DNA of 64,000 nt from Eledone cirrhosa (taxonomy: Eukaryota), in assembly GCA_964016885.1 (NCBI GenBank), contig OZ024755.1, positions 18,228,001 through 18,292,000 on the forward strand. Direction: 5' to 3'. Shown here piece by piece: positions 25,831 to 42,163 of the stretch; position 1 is the first letter of the stretch; the number at the start of each line of letters is the position of its first letter. A program made the position numbers and the translations under genes. The notes under the pieces were generated by a model. The model made no database searches and was not told the DNA's origin. It saw only the letters and a list, made by a program, of their open reading frames with translations.

Positions 25831-28778
25831 CGTTAAAATCACATATACATTTATATACACACCAAGGATGGAGGGAAGACAGAATTGAAAACGATTATTG
25901 CTGAGCACAACATTGCAGGATCAAATCTAACACACACGCTCAATCATCAGCTATGACCATTGATAAACGCCACTACAGATCACCAGGTTGTAGGTTCTAA
26001 TCATCCGTAGAGAAATTATAAATTATATGAAGGTATATTTTATCAAAGCCCCAGAAGAATAAAAATGAAAGTCAACCATTTTGAATTATTAATATCATTG
26101 GGAAAGCCATGAACGCCACTACATGAATTTTGGTATTAAATAGAAAGTAGGTTTATCAATATTAATTTTGAGAGTATTATTGTAGCTTTGTCTGTAGCCT
26201 AGTGGTAAGAGTTGAGACAGCGGAGGTGCTGATCAGGGGTTCAATCTCAGCTAAAAGTCACTTAGCAATTTAATTTTTTTAAAAGACTTTTCATAAAATA
26301 AAACAAAAACGCTGTTCTGGGGAAGATTCGGACTGAGATTGAACCTCTAACCAAGGCGTTCACCATCTCTAATACCTACCAATAGGCCACCGAGACAGTT
26401 ATAAAAATAGATGAAAATTAATATTTATAAACCTACTTTTTCAATATTTCATTAAAATAAAATTTTATCTAGTTAGTATAGAACCTGTTGGAGATTGAAC
26501 CACAGACCACGACCTCCGCAGTCTCTATAACCTACAACTAAGCCACCCGGAAGGTTACGAAATCGTACTGAAAATTAATATTTATAAACTTACTTTTTAA
26601 TTTTTTTTATTATTGAAGAGGTAAACTGAAAGCAATGTGTAGAACCTGACAAAGATCGAACACCAGACCAGGACTCTCACCATCTCCAATCGCTAACACT
26701 AGGCCAAAAGGACGGTTACGAAATTATGTTGAAAATTAATATTTATAAACCTACTTTCTGTTCGGAAGAAAACAAGATGTAGTGGCGTTCATCATTTTTT
26801 CGGGACGACCTTGCATTGATTTCGCCAAGGGAATTCAGAAAGTAAAACTAGACTTTATTTCTCATCGCTCTAGGCTTGATTTGAACCTACAACGACTCCG
26901 TCTGCAATAGTGTCATACGTCATTCCAGCTTCGTACGTCGTACCCGTAAATTAGTAAACGTGATTCCTATATATACACACAAGTTAAATTGAACCTACAA
27001 TGCTGCGCTTTGCTGTAATGTCCCATATTATATTCAAGAAATTTTAATTAATTCTTGTGTTTTATAAAAGAAAGAAAAGAAACAATTTAATGAAATTAAG
27101 AAATTAATTTTATTCAGTAAAGTTGTTTTTATTCTGTGTATTCATTTCATTAACTGCTGAATAGTTCTCTTGTTTTTGTTTTTGTTTCTTTCTTACCATT
27201 GTTTACTGTAAATGGCGACTGCGTCGAGACTGGATTATTACCTAGTTTTACTGGATGATGGCGTTTCCTTCTGGTATTATTTTGTTGTCATTGGACATCT
27301 GGACATCTACCTAAATACCTGGGATAAACATAAGGTGTGTCTTTTAAGTAACATTTCATTTTAATATCTGGTGTTCCAATGGATCACCTTTAAAATAAAA
27401 CCAATAAGCAAAAGAGGGCGGCTGCATCAAAAGAAACCACACAGATGAGGTACGAATAATCTAAAATTAATTTAAAACAATATCAAGAAAGCTTTTAGAA
27501 AGACAAACATTAAAAAAAGATTTCCAACAAACACGTAAAGACAAAAACAATCACAGCCACAATTTATCTGAAGATCAACATTTTTCACGATATAAATACA
27601 ACTAAATATTTAAAGTTAAGTGATTAGATTTATTTGCTTCTAACTTTATTTTACTAATCTGTATTCTGTAGACATATATTTTCGTTGGTGTACATTACGA
27701 TTTTGTTGATGAAAGGTTTCACTCGTCTTTAGATGATTATTTCTTATAAAAGTTATAATTCTCACCTCTTCCCATTAGATCTATATTTTGCTTCTCTAAT
27801 ACTGTATTAAAATTTATATTTTCATGTCCATATTATTATGTATTACGGTTGTTATATAATATTTACAATACAGTCTATAGAAGGGGAAGTGGGGTGTGGG
27901 TTGTAATTAACCACTGCTCTCCCAACCCACTATTTAGATTACCCCAGGGTTTCCCAACATTGGCGATTTCATATATACATAAACATCTATATATATTTAC
28001 AAATATATACCTACAAATATATATTAACAAATACATATATATATATATATATACATATACTCACATCTAAGTGAATACATATATATTAAAAACACATACC
28101 AAATACCAGCATAATAACGATTGACTAACCATCAGGGCACATGTTTGCTCGTGTGAACATTTTCACAGGGACACTTACGAAAACCGAACTTACAATCCCA
28201 CTTACACTTACATATACACATCATATTTACTTACACACACATATAGAACAGGTATGACTTACATAGATACATCAAAGTTTATGTTCCGCTACAGCACTAT
28301 TCGAGGATGATAAAACGAAGTACCAGTGTAGTACTGAGGTCGATTCTTCTGCTATATCTCTTTCTTAATTCCTTTTTCTCACTCTTTGTACTTCTCTGGA
28401 AAAGATAACCTGTGTTAAGATCTACGGTAGAGATGGGATCTATCAGCTTTTACAAGATGCCCTAGACACCCCGAATATCAACGTGGGGCCTCTAGGACAC
28501 TCTCACAAGTTATGGGACCTTATATACATGTATAGCAACATCGGACAGATCCTTTATTTAGATCGCTTTTACTCGATGATGAAAGATATGTTTTCAGTGA
28601 GTCAGAAAGGAATATTTGCGATATGAAGAGAGAACCTCTTTGAATAAATATTTGATAGTTCAGATGCTACGTAAAGCAGGCAGTGGCAACATTGAACTAG
28701 AGATGCCATGTGGAAATAGACATCGACATATATATACACATAGGGGGACCTTATAATCATAGATTCTTGGGCTTATGA

Positions 28779-28811
<33 letters not shown>

Positions 28812-31800
28812 CATACGGAGGCACAGGTGTACGGAGTCCTCAAGTTACCACTAAGGATTCCGCCCGATGTCCCGTCACACATCACCACATCTTCCAGTAA
28901 ATGTTGATTAGTAAACAAACCGAGTATCTCACATGTCAGAGGGAAAGCCTTAGCAAACGGTGACGATAAGAGACGTGTGAATATAGTAATAATAATAGTG
29001 TTAAAATTATTAATAGTAGTAGTTGTAATGATAAAGTGAGGTGTACAAGATTATTATAAATAGTGATATACACACACGATTAAACAGGTATACATACGTA
29101 CATAAACGTTTATAAATAAAAGACGAAGCTGAAAAAAAGAACATAGGTTACCATATCACATTTGGAAGGACACACATGACGTTGAGTACTTTAACATGGT
29201 CCCATCATCGTTTGCTGATACTAATATTGCACACGACACAAGTTTAAAGAGCTATCTCTTTAGAAACCATCTATTTAGGCCGCCATCTACACACTGAGGT
29301 ATGACAGTTGAAGGAAATCTCTGGATATCAGCTGGTTGTTGCATCAAATCAAACTTAAAGAGATAAGAATAAAAGTCATATATTTTCTGAAAACTCCAGA
29401 AACGTGAAAGACATGTCGACCCCTTTGTGGTAATAATTGTTTCTACTTTTGGCACAATGCCAGCAATTATACAGTGTATTACTGGTACTTTATTTTATCG
29501 ACCCCGTAAGGTGAGAAAGCCATGAATGTCACCACGTTAATTAATCTTCCAAAATAGAAAGTAGATTCATAAATATTAATGTTCAATAGACTTTTGTCGC
29601 TGTCTCGGTGTCCTAATGGTGGGTGTTAGAGACGGCGGTGATACTGGTTTGGAGTTCAATCTTCGCCAGGAGCGACTTAAAATAAGGGGGTTTTACTAAT
29701 CTTTTGCAGCTTTTTAAAAATATAAAAAAGTAGGTAAAAATTTGTTTCAATTTCCCATACATTTTTTTACGTTTGCATTGAAAAAAGATTAGCAAAACGC
29801 TCTTATTTTATATAGATCCTGGCCAAGATCGAAACCCAGACCAGGTTCTCCACCGTCTCATACCCCCCCCCCCACTAGGCTACAGAAACAGCTACAAAAA
29901 TATATAAAAAATTAATATTTATAAACCTACTTTTTATTTTGGAAGCTTAATTAAAGTGGTGGCGTTGATGCCTTTCTTAGTGTTCCTATTACTAGAAAGG
30001 ATCGACCTTGTCTTTAATAATTCAGAGTCTTTCATAAAGTAAATATTAATTTTGTTTCTCAACGCCATAGTGTTGATTTGAACCTACAACGACTTTAACT
30101 GAAATCATGTTCCCTAAATCCAGTGTGCGACTTACGAATAAATTGTTAAATATCTCTTCTATATAAGATTAGAACCTACAGTGATAGCTTTTCAGTAATG
30201 TCCCGTCACTTCAACTAGATTCCGCTAAGGTTATGTATTTTTTCGTCCGAACAACCTAATGGTCTTGAACCCCATTCGTTACTGGTACAATAAATAATAA
30301 TTGTTTCTACTTTAGACACAAGTCCAGCAATTACCCCAGTGCATTACTGGTACTTTATTTTATCGACCCCGTAAGGATGAAAGGCAAAGTCAAAAGAAAT
30401 AATTGTTTCTACTTTAGACACAAGGCCAGCAATAACCCGGTGCATTACTGGTACTTTATTTTATCGACCCCGTAAGGAAGAAAGGCAAAGTCAAAAGAAA
30501 TAATTGTTTCTACTTTAGACACAAGGCCAGCAATAACCCAGTGAATTACTGGTACTTTATTTTATCGACCCCGTAAGGATGAAAGGCAAAGTCAAAAGAA
30601 ATAATAATTTTAAAAAATTCTATATCCCCAGCTAAATATTGAACTCCTGACGACACCGTATGTTACTTCATACCAATAACCCCATTACACACATATATAT
30701 TTATAACTCTAAAACAAATTATTCAAGCCTCAATTTCTAATATTTTAATTTTTGTTGACGGTGTAAATCCTGACGATATTAATTTACAATTTTAGAGCAT
30801 AACAGTCACGTTATGGGTTCAATTTAATCGATCGGTTTCTACGTCAATCACTTGATATTTTCCTAAGACATACAAAGAATATATATATATATATATATTT
30901 ATATATAATGTTTTAATGAAAAATATTTTATAAGACAAATTTTAAATAAATTATATGTTTGCAATAAAATTAAGAAAAAGAAATTACAATTATTTAGTAA
31001 TAATATTTTTATTGTTTGTTTTCACTGCATTAAACTGCTGAGTGTGACTTATTCTTATTACTATTTTCTACTGTAAATGGCGGCTGAGACAATAAAGGAT
31101 TATTACTAAGGTTTGCTGGATGATGGCGTTTCCTTCTTGTAGAAATCGGAACATCCCTCTATATATCTGGAATAAATTTAAAGAGAATTTTTTTTTTTTA
31201 TACCTAGTACAATGGTAATCTCATATTTATATTTTCGTCACCAATACTGTATTTTGAAGTCCTTTCATTATTTAAAATATTTTCATCATGTCACTCGTTT
31301 GATTTATCTCCTCCAAAGTTGTAATTCTAAGTGTTTTTCCTTGGTATAGTGTCCGAATGTTGATATGTTCAAGTCTTTATATTTATATGGAATAGTATAC
31401 TAAAGGTTAAATATTGTTTATATTTCTATCACGTCTACCCTTAGATTTATCTCTTCTAAATGTTCAAAGTTTAACATCTTCCTTCACAATAATAATTCCT
31501 TAATAATTCTGGTGTTTTCTATTTTCTTCTTCTCTGGGTTACTTCAAGAGCTTCACCGTTTTTTCGGATGTCGGTTGACCATGGCCCAGAACAATATTCT
31601 CAGTAGTTTCACATATATTCATCTAGTGTTTTAGATTTTTATTCATCTAGTGTTTTAGATTTTTCGGCATTTATCTAGGCTAACGAATGTTTTATTATTT
31701 CTATTATACGCCTCGCTGTTTTGCTTCAACATGGTTAGCCATCTTTCAATTCATATTCGTACATATTCACAATTTTTCGGGGAGGGGTATGAGAAGCACT

Positions 31801-34800
31801 TTTTTCCCTGAATATTCAATAGCAAAACATGCTTCCGTTTCATAACTTCGTTGTACGAATATAATAATTAACGTATATATATAATATATATATATATAGC
31901 TGCTAATTAACTCGTTTCCGAAACATCTCTTTCTTCAAAATAAGGTAAGACATCACAATCCATTTCAATCAATTTCTCATTTCAGTTTTCTTTCGAAACG
32001 TCTTGGCGTTGAATATACATACATTTGTCCTTCTCATAGTAATTAGCTTGTCTCAAAATTGTTCGTATTGTTTCCATGTTTAGTGTCAGAAACTATAGGT
32101 AATTCTAAATTTTGCTCTAATGTAATAAATGCTACTTTTAAAAGACTGAATTTCTCAATTTTCTTCTTTCTCTTGTATATTGATATCTAAAAGATGACAA
32201 ATTTATGTGATGGGAGAAAAACACACGACTTTCTTCTCTCGCTCTAGAAGGCTAAGTGACAAGTATTCGACAACAGTGAACATCACGTGTTTAGTGATGA
32301 TCACCACTCACTGCCTTTTATATACCGTGTTAACTGGAAAGACTTGCCAAGTACGGATACACTCTCCCCTTATCAACATTGTCCGAGTCTTAGGATAATT
32401 TCTTTCTGGTTAAGGAGTGAGATAATATATTAGGGATCAATCTCTGGCAATAATTTAATTAAATTCTATTTAAGCAGAGACTATGTCGTGGTTGTTGGTA
32501 TATTTTATAGTCGTGATTCCAATGTTTATCAGGGATCGTAGAATTAAATTTGTTTAATTATTATCAAACAAGAAAGATGTATATATTGTCGTTGTACGTT
32601 AAAATCACATATACATTTATATACACACCAAGGATGGAGGGAAGACAGAATTGAAAACGATTATTGCTGAGCACAACATTGCAGGATCAAATCTAACACA
32701 CACACGCTCAATAATCAGCTATGACCATTGATAAACGCCACTACAGATCACCAGGTTGTAGGTTCTAATCAACCGTAGAGAAATTATAAATTATATGAAG
32801 GTATATTTTATCAAAGACCCAAAAGAATAAAAATGAAAGTCAACCATTTTGAATTATTAATATCATTGGGAAAGCCATGAACGCCACTACATGAATTTTG
32901 GTATTAAATAGAAAGTAGGTTTATCAATATTAATTTTGAGAGTATTATTGTAGCTTTGTCTGTAGCCTAGTGGTAAGAGTTGAGACAGCGGAGGTGCTGA
33001 TCAGGGGTTCAATCTCAGCTAAAAGTCACTTAGCAATTTAATTTTTTAAAAAGATTTTTCATAAAATAAAACAAAAACGCTGTTCTGGGGAAGATTCGGA
33101 CTGAGATTGAACCTCAAACCAAGGTGTTCACCATCTCTAATACCTACCAATAGGCCACCGAGACAGTTATAAAAATAGATGAAAATTAATATTTATAAAC
33201 CTACTTTTTCAATATTTCATTAAAATAAAATTTTATCTAGTTAGTATAGAACCTGTTGGAGATTGAACCACAGACCACGACCTCCGCAGTCTCTATAACC
33301 TACAACTAAGCCACCCGGAAGGTTACGAAATCGTACTGAAAATTAATATTTATAAACTTACTTTTTAATTTTTTTTATTATTGAAGAGGTAAACTGAAAG
33401 CAATGTGTAGAACCTGACAAAGATCGAACACCAGACCAGGACTCTCACCATCTCCAATCGCTAACACTAGGCCAACAGGACGGTTACGAAATTATGTTGA
33501 AAATTAATATTTATAAACCTACTTTCTGTTCGGAAGAAAACAAGATGTAGTGGCGTTCATCATTTTTTCGGGACGACCTTGCATTGATTTCGCCAAGGGA
33601 ATTCAGAAAGTAAAACTAGACTTTATTTCTCATCGCTCTAGGCTTGATTTGAACCTACAACGACTCCGTCTGCAATAGTGTCATACGTCGTACCCGTAAA
33701 TTAGTAAACGTGATTCCTATATATACACACAAGTTAAATTGAACCTACAATGCTGCGCTTTGCTGTAATGTCCCATATTATATTCAAGAAATTTTAATTA
33801 ATTCTTGTGTTTTATAAAAGAAAGAAAAGAAACAATTTAATGAAATTAAGAAATTAATTTTATTCAGTAAAGTTGTTTTTATTCTGTGTATTCATTTCAT
33901 TAACTGCTGAATAGTTCTCTTGTTTTTGTTTTTGTTTCTTTCTTACCATTGTTTACTGTAAATGGCGACTGCGTCGAGACTGGATTATTACCTAGTTTTA
34001 CTGGATGATGGCGTTTCCTTCTGGTATTATTTTGTTGTCATTGGACATCTGGACATCTACCTAAATACCTGGGATAAACATAAGGTGTGTCTTTTAAGTA
34101 ACATTTCATTTTAATATCTGGTGTTCCAATGGATCACCTTTAAAATAAAACCAATAAGCAAAAGAGGGCGGCTGCATCAAAAGAAACCACACAGATGAGG
34201 TACGAATAATCTAAAATTAATTTAAAACAATATCAAGAAAGCTTTTAGAAAGACAAACATTAAAAAAAGATTTCCAACAAACACGTAAAGACAATCACAG
34301 CCACAATTTATCTGAAGATCAACATTTTTCACGATATAAATACAACTAAATATTTAAAGTTAAGTGATTAGATTTATTTGCTTCTAACTTTATTTTACTA
34401 ATCTGTATTCTGTAGACATATATTTTCGTTGGTGTACATTACGATTTTGTTGATGAAAGGTTTCACTCGTCTTTAGATGATTATTTCTTATAAAAGTTAT
34501 AATTCTCACCTCTTCCCATTAGATCTATATTTTGCTTCTCTAATACTGTATTAAAATTTATATTTTCATGTCCATATTATTATGTATTACGGTTGTTATA
34601 TAATATTTACAATACAGTCTATAGAAGGGGAAGTGGGGTGTGGGTTGTAATTAACCACTGCTCTCCCAACCCACTTTGTATTTAGATTACCCCAGGGTTT
34701 CCCAACATTGGCGATTTCATATATACATAAACATGTATATATATTTACAAATATATATACATAAACATGTATATATATTTACAAATATATACCTACAAAT

Positions 34801-35560
34801 ATATATTAACAAATACATATATATATATATATATACATATACTCACATCTAAGTGAATACATATATATTAAAAACACATACCAAATACCAGCATAATAAC
34901 GATTGACTAACCATCAGGGCACATGTTTGCTCGTGTGAACATTTTCACAGGGACACTTACGAAAACCGAACTTACAATCCCACTTACACTTACATATACA
35001 CATCATATTTACTTACACACACATATAGAACAGGTATGACTTACATAGATACATCAAAGTTTATGTTCCGCTACAGCACTATTCGAGGATGATAAAACGA
35101 AGTACCAGTGTAGTACTGAGGTCGATTCTTCTGCTATATCTCTTTCTTAATTCCTTTTTCTCACTCTTTGTACTTCTCTGGAAAAGATAACCTGTGTTAA
35201 GATCTACGGTAGAGATGGGATCTATCAGCTTTTACAAGATGCCCTAGACACCCCGAATATCAACGTGGGGCCTCTAGGACTCTCTCACAAGTTATGGGAC
35301 CTTATATACATGTATAGCAACATCGGACAGATCCTTTATTTAGATCGCTTTTACTCGATGATGAAAGATATGTTTTCAGTGAGTCAGAAAGGAATATTTG
35401 CCATATGAAGAGAGAACCTCTTTGAATAAATATTTGATAGTTCAGATGCTACGTAAAGCAGGCAGTGGCAACATTGAACTAGAGAAGCCATGTGGAAATA
35501 GACATCGACATATATATACACATAGGGGGACCTTATAATCATAGATTCTTGGGCTTATGA

Positions 35561-35591
<31 letters not shown>

Positions 35592-38500
35592 CATACGGAG
35601 GCACAGGTGTACGGAGTCCTCAAGTTACCACTAAGGATTTCGCCTGATGTCCCGTCACACATCACCACATCTTCCAGTAAATGTTGATTAGTAAACAAAC
35701 CGAGTATCTCACATGTAAGAGGGAAAGCCTTAGCAAACGGTGACGATAAGAGACGTGTGTATATAGTAATAATAATAGTGTTAAAATTATTAATAGTGGT
35801 AGTTGTAATGATAAAGTGAGGTGTACAACATTATTATAAATAGTGATATACACACACGCTTAAACAGGTATACATACGTACATAAACGTTTATAAATAAA
35901 AGACGAAGCTGAAAAAAAGAACATAGGTTACCATATCACATTTGGAAGGACACACATGACGTTGAGTACTTTAACATGGTCCCATCATCGTTTGCTGATA
36001 CTAATATTGCACACGACACAAGTTTAAAGAGCTATCTGTTTAGAAACCATCTATTTAGGCCGCCATCTACACACTGAGGTATGACAGTTGAAGGACATCT
36101 CTGGATATCAGCTGGTTGTTGCATCAAATCAAACTTAAAGAGATAAGAATAAAAGGGATAATATATTTTCTGAAAATTCCAGAAACGTGAAAGACATGTC
36201 GATCCCTTTGAGGTAATAATTGTTTCTACTTTTGGCACAAGGCCAGCAATTATTCAGTGTATTACTGGTACTTTATTTTATCGACCCCGTAAGGTGAGAA
36301 AGCCATGAATGTCACCACGTTAATTAATCTTCCAAAATAGAAAGTAGATTCATAAATATTAATGTTCAATAGACTTTTGTCGCTGTCTCGGTGTCCTAAT
36401 GGTGGGTGTTAGAGACGGTGGTGATACTCGTTTGGAGTTCAATCTTCGCGAGGAGCTACTTAAAATAAGGGGGTTTTACTAATCTTTTGCAGCTTTTTAA
36501 AAATATAAAAAAGTAGGTAAAAATTTGTTTCAATTTCCCATACATTTTTTTACGTTTGCATTGAAAAAAGATTAGCAAAACGCTCTTATTTTATATAGAT
36601 CCTGGCCAAGATCGAAACCCAGACCAGGATCTCCACCGTCTCATACCCCCCCCCCCCTCCCCACTAGGCTACAGAAACAGCTACAAAAATATATAAAAAA
36701 TTAATATTTATAAACCTACTTTTTATTTTGGAAGCTTAATTAAAGTGGTGGCGTTGATGCCTTTCTTAGTGTTCCTATTACTAGAAAGGATCGACCTTGT
36801 CTTTAATAATTCAGAGTCTTTCATAAAGTAAATATTAATTTTGTTTCTCAACGCCATAGTGTTGATTTGAACCTACAACGACTTTAACTGAAATCATGTT
36901 CCCTAAATCCAGTGTGCGACTTACGAATAAATTGTTAAATATCTCTTCTATATAAGATTAGAACCTACAGTGATAGCTTTTCAGTAATGTCCCGTCACTT
37001 CAACTAGATTCCGCTAAGCTTATGTATTTTTTCGTCCGAACAACCTAATGGTCTTGAACCCCATTCGTTACTGGTACAATAAATAATAATTGTTTCTACT
37101 TTAGACACAAGGCCAGCAATTACCCCAGTGCATTACTGGTACTTTATTTTATCGACCCCGTAAGGATGAAAGGCAAAGTCAAAAGAAATAATTGTTTCTA
37201 CTTTAGACACAAGGCCAGCAATAACCCGGTGCATTACTGGTACTTTATTTTATCGACCCCGTAAGGAAGAAAGGCAAAGTCAAAAGAAATAATTGTTTCT
37301 ACTTTAGACACAAGGCCAGCAATAACCCAGTGAATTACTGGTACTTTATTTTATCGACCCCGTAAGGATGAAAGGCAAAGTCAAAAGAAATAATAATTTA
37401 AAAAAATTCTATATCCCCAGCTAAATATTGAACTCCTGACGACACCGTATGTTACTTAATACCAATAACCCCATTACACACATATATATTTATAACTCTA
37501 AAACAAATTATTCAAGCCTCAATTTCTAATATTTTAATTTTTGTTGACGGTGTAAATCCTGACGATATTAATTTACAATTTTAGAGCATAACAGTCACGT
37601 TATGGGTTCAATTTAATCGATCGGTTTCTACGTCAATCACTTGATATTTTCCTAAGACATACAAAGAATATATATATATATATATTTATATATAATGTTT
37701 TAATGAAAAATATTTTATAAGACAAATTTTAAATAAATTATATGTTTGCAATAAAATTAAGAAAAAGAAATTACAATTATTTAGTAATAATATTTTTATT
37801 GTTTGTTTTCACTGCATTAAACTGCTGAGTGTGACTTATTCTTATTACTATTTTCTACTGTAAATGGCGGCTGAGACAATAAAGGATTATTACTAAGGTT
37901 TGCTGGATGATGGCGTTTCCTTCTTGTAGAAATCGGAACATCCCTCTATATATCTGGAATAAATTTAAAGAGAATTTTTTTTTTTTATACCTAGTACAAT
38001 GGTAATCTCATATTTATATTTTCTTCACCAATACTGTATTTTGAAGTCCTTTCATTATTTAAAATATTTTCATCATGTCACTCGTTTGATTTATCTCCTC
38101 CAAAGTTGTAATTCTAAGTGTTTTTCCTTGGTATAGTGTCCGAATGTTGATATGTTCAAGTCTTTATATTTATATGGAATAGTATATTAAAGGTTAAATA
38201 TTGTTTATATTTCTATCACGTCTACCCTTAGATTTATCTCTTCTAAATGTTCAAAGTTTAACATCTTCCTTCACGATAATAATTCCTTAATAATTCTGGT
38301 GTTTTCTATTTTCTTCTTCTCTGGGTTACTTCAAGAGCTTCACCGTTTTTTCGGATGTCGGTTGACCATGGCCCAGAACAATATTCTCAGTAGTTTCACA
38401 TATATTCATCTAGTGTTTTAGATTTTTATTCATCTAGTGTTTTAGATTTTTCGGCATTTATCTAGGCTAACGAATGTTTTATTATTTCTATTATACGCCT

Positions 38501-41380
38501 CGCTGTTTTGCTTCAACATGGTTAGCCATCTTTCAATTCATATTCGTACATATTCACAATTTTTCGGGGAGGGGTATGAGAAGCACTTTTTTCCCTGAAT
38601 ATTCAATAGCAAAACATGCTTCCGTTTCATAACTTCGTTGTACGAATATAATAATTAACGTATATATATAATATATATATATATAGCTGCTAATTAACTC
38701 GTTTCCGAAACATCTTTTTCTTCAAAATAAGGTAAGACATCACAATCCATTTCAATCAATTTCTCATTTCAGTTTTCTTTCGAAACGTCTTGGCGTTGAA
38801 GATACATACATTTGTCCTTCTCATAGTAATTAGCTTGTCTCAAAATTGTTTCCATGTTTAGTGTCAGAAACTATAGGTAATTCTAGATTTTGCTCTAATG
38901 TAATAAATGCTACTTTTAAAAGACTGAATTTCTCAATTTTCTTCTTTCTCTTGTATATTGATATCTAAAAGATGACAAATTTATGTGATGGGAGAAAAAC
39001 ACACGACTTTCTTCTCTCGCTCTAGAAGGCTAAGTGACAAGTATTCGACAACAGTGAACATCACGTGTTTAGTGATGATCACCACTCACTGCCTTTTATA
39101 TACCGTGTTAACTGGAAAGACTTGCCAAGTACGGATACACTCTCCCCTTATCAACATTGTCCGAGTCTTAGGATAATTTCTTTCTGGTTAAGGAGTGAGA
39201 TAATATATTAGGGATCAATCTCTGGCAATAATTTAATTAAATTCTATTTAAGCAGAGACTATGTCGTGGTTGTTGGTATATTTTATAGTCGTGATTCCAA
39301 TGTTTATCAGGGATCGTAGAATTAAATTTGTTTAATTATTATCAAACAAGAAAGATGTATATATTGTCGTTGTACGTTAAAATCACATATACATTTATAT
39401 ACACACCAAGGATGGAGGGAAGACAGAATTGAAAACGATTATTGCTGAGCACAACATTGCAGGATCAAATCTAACACACACACGCTCAATAATCAGCTAT
39501 GACCATTGATAAACGCCACTACAGATCACCAGGTTGTAGGTTCTAATCAACCGTAGAGAAATTATAAATTATATGAAGGTATATTTTATCAAAGACCCAG
39601 AAGAATAAAAATGAAAGTCAACCATTTTGAATTATTAATATCATTGGGAAAGCCATGAACGCCACTACATGAATTTTGGTATTAAATAGAAAGTAGGTTT
39701 ATCAATATTAATTTTGAGAGTATTGTTGTAGCTTTGTCTGTAGCCTAGTGGTAAGAGTTGAGACAGCGGAGGTGCTGATCAGGGGTTCAATCTCAGCTAA
39801 AAGTCACTTAGCAATTTAATTTTTTTAAAAGATTTTTCATAAAATAAAACAAAAACGCTGTTCTGGGGAAGATTCGGACTGAGATTGAACCTCTAACCAA
39901 GGCGTTCACTATCTCTAATACCTACCAATAGGCCACCGAGACTTATAAAAATAGATGAAAATTAATATTTATAAACCTACTTTTTCAATATTTCATTAAA
40001 ATAAAATTTTATCTAGTTAGTATAGAACCTGTTGGAGATTGAACCACAGACCACGACCTCCGCAGTCTCTATAACCTACAACTAAGCCACCCGGAAGGTT
40101 ACGAAATCGTACTGAAAATTAATATTTATAAACTTACTTTTTAATTTTTTTTATTATTGAAGAGGTAAACTGAAAGCAATGTGTAGAACCTGACAAAGAT
40201 CGAACACCAGACCAGGACTCTCACCATCTCCAATCGCTAACACTAGGCCAACAGGACGGTTACGAAATTATGTTGAAAATTAATATTTATAAACCTACTT
40301 TCTGTTCGGAAGAAAACAAGATGTAGTGGCGTTCATCATTTTTTCGGGACGACCTTGCATTGATTTCGCCAAGGGAATTCAGAAAGTAAAACTAGACTTT
40401 ATTTCTCATCGCTCTAGGCTTGATTTGAACCTACAACGACTCCGTCTGCAATAGTGTCATACGTCATTCCAGCTTCGTACGTCGTACCCGTACATTATTA
40501 AACGTGATTCCTATATATACACACAAGTTAAATTGAACCTACAATGCTGCGCTTTGCTGTAATGTCCCATATTATATTCAAGAAATTTTAATTAATTCTT
40601 GTGTTTTATAAAAGAAAGAAAAGAAACAATTTAATGAAATTAAGAAATTAATTTTATTCAGTAAAGTTGTTTTTATTCTGTGTATTCATTTCATTAACTG
40701 CTGAATAGTTCTCTTGTTTTTGTTTTTGTTTCTTTCTTACCATTGTTTACTGTAAATGGCGACTGCGTCGAGACTGGATTATTACCTAGGTTTACTGGAT
40801 GATGGCGTTTCCTTCTGGTATTATTTTGTTGTCATTGGACATCTGGACATCTACCTAAATACCTGGGATAAACATAAGGTGTGTCTTTTAAGTAACATTT
40901 CATTTTAATATCTGGTGTTCCAATGGATCACCTTTAAAATAAAACCAATAAGCAAAAGAGGGCGGCTGCATCAAAAGAAACCACACAGATGAGGTACGAA
41001 TAATCTAAAATTAATTTAAAACAATATCAAGAAAGCTTTTAGAAAGAGAAACATTAAAAAAAGATTTCCAACAAACACGTAAAGACAATCACAGCCACAA
41101 TTTATCTGAAGATCAACATTTTTCACGATATAAATACAACTATATATTTAAAGTTAAGTGATTAGATTTATTTGCTTCTAACTTTATTTTACTAATCTGT
41201 ATTCTGTAGACATATATTTTCGTTGGTGTACATTACGATTTTGTTGATGAAAGGTTTCACTCGTCTTTAGATGATTATTTCTTATAAAAGTTATAATATT
41301 CACCTCTTCCCATTAGATCTATATTTTGCTTCTCTAATACTGTATTAAAATTTATATTTTCATGTCCATATTATTATGTA

Positions 41381-42163
41381 CTAGCAGCAGTACCCAGCGT
41401 TTCCTGGGTAGGTAAAATAATATTTGCTTTGATGAAAAGGTGTTGATCTTAGCGAATGCTTCTCGATGACTCATCTATGGCCACACACAGGCCATGCGGG
41501 GGAGGTTGGTGATGACTTCTATCATTGAGAAACGCGGGGTGACTGACGAAGAAGGGGCATGCTGGGAGAGGGAGTTTCGAAATTTAACGAAATCGGTTGA
41601 AAAATGTGGGAGCTAGATCTGAAAAGGCTGAAATTTGAGCGAAAATGTGGTATTTTCGAAACAGTTCAGTTCCTGAACAAAAAATCCAAAATGTAAAGCC
41701 ATTTTAAGACGTGAAATAATCAGATCGAGCGTAATGTAAAATTTGAACAAAGTAGCTTGATTAATGTGGGAGCTAGAGCCGAAAAAGTGGAAATTTTTAA
41801 TATTTAAGCGGCTGCCTCGCCCTGCCTGAACAACAAATGCAAAATATAAAGCCATTGCAGGATGTGCAATGATAAATTCTATTTTGCTTTAAAATTTGAA
41901 CGAAATCGGTGGCAAAATGTGGGAGCTAGAGCCAAAAATCTTATTTTTCGATACCTAAAAAAAGGTGACCCACTATCGATTTTCATCTGCAGAATGACCC
42001 CAGAATAAAAAAAAAAACGATATGCTGATATATAAAAAAAACACTCCCCGATGACTAATCCATGAGCCTGTAAAGTTTCATGAAAATCGGTCGTAAAATG
42101 TAGGCCCCTATAGGTAATACACAGACACACACACACATACTTAATTTTATATATATATACAGA
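41381..42163 (-). mobile_element. Non-autonomous Helitron (783 bp)
   Basis: Minus strand starts TC and ends CTAG, with subterminal hairpin acccag…ctgggt. Inserted between A and T with no TSD. The empty site ttatgta|ttacggtt is present in sister units (~21130, 27842, 34586). Confidence 0.9.
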
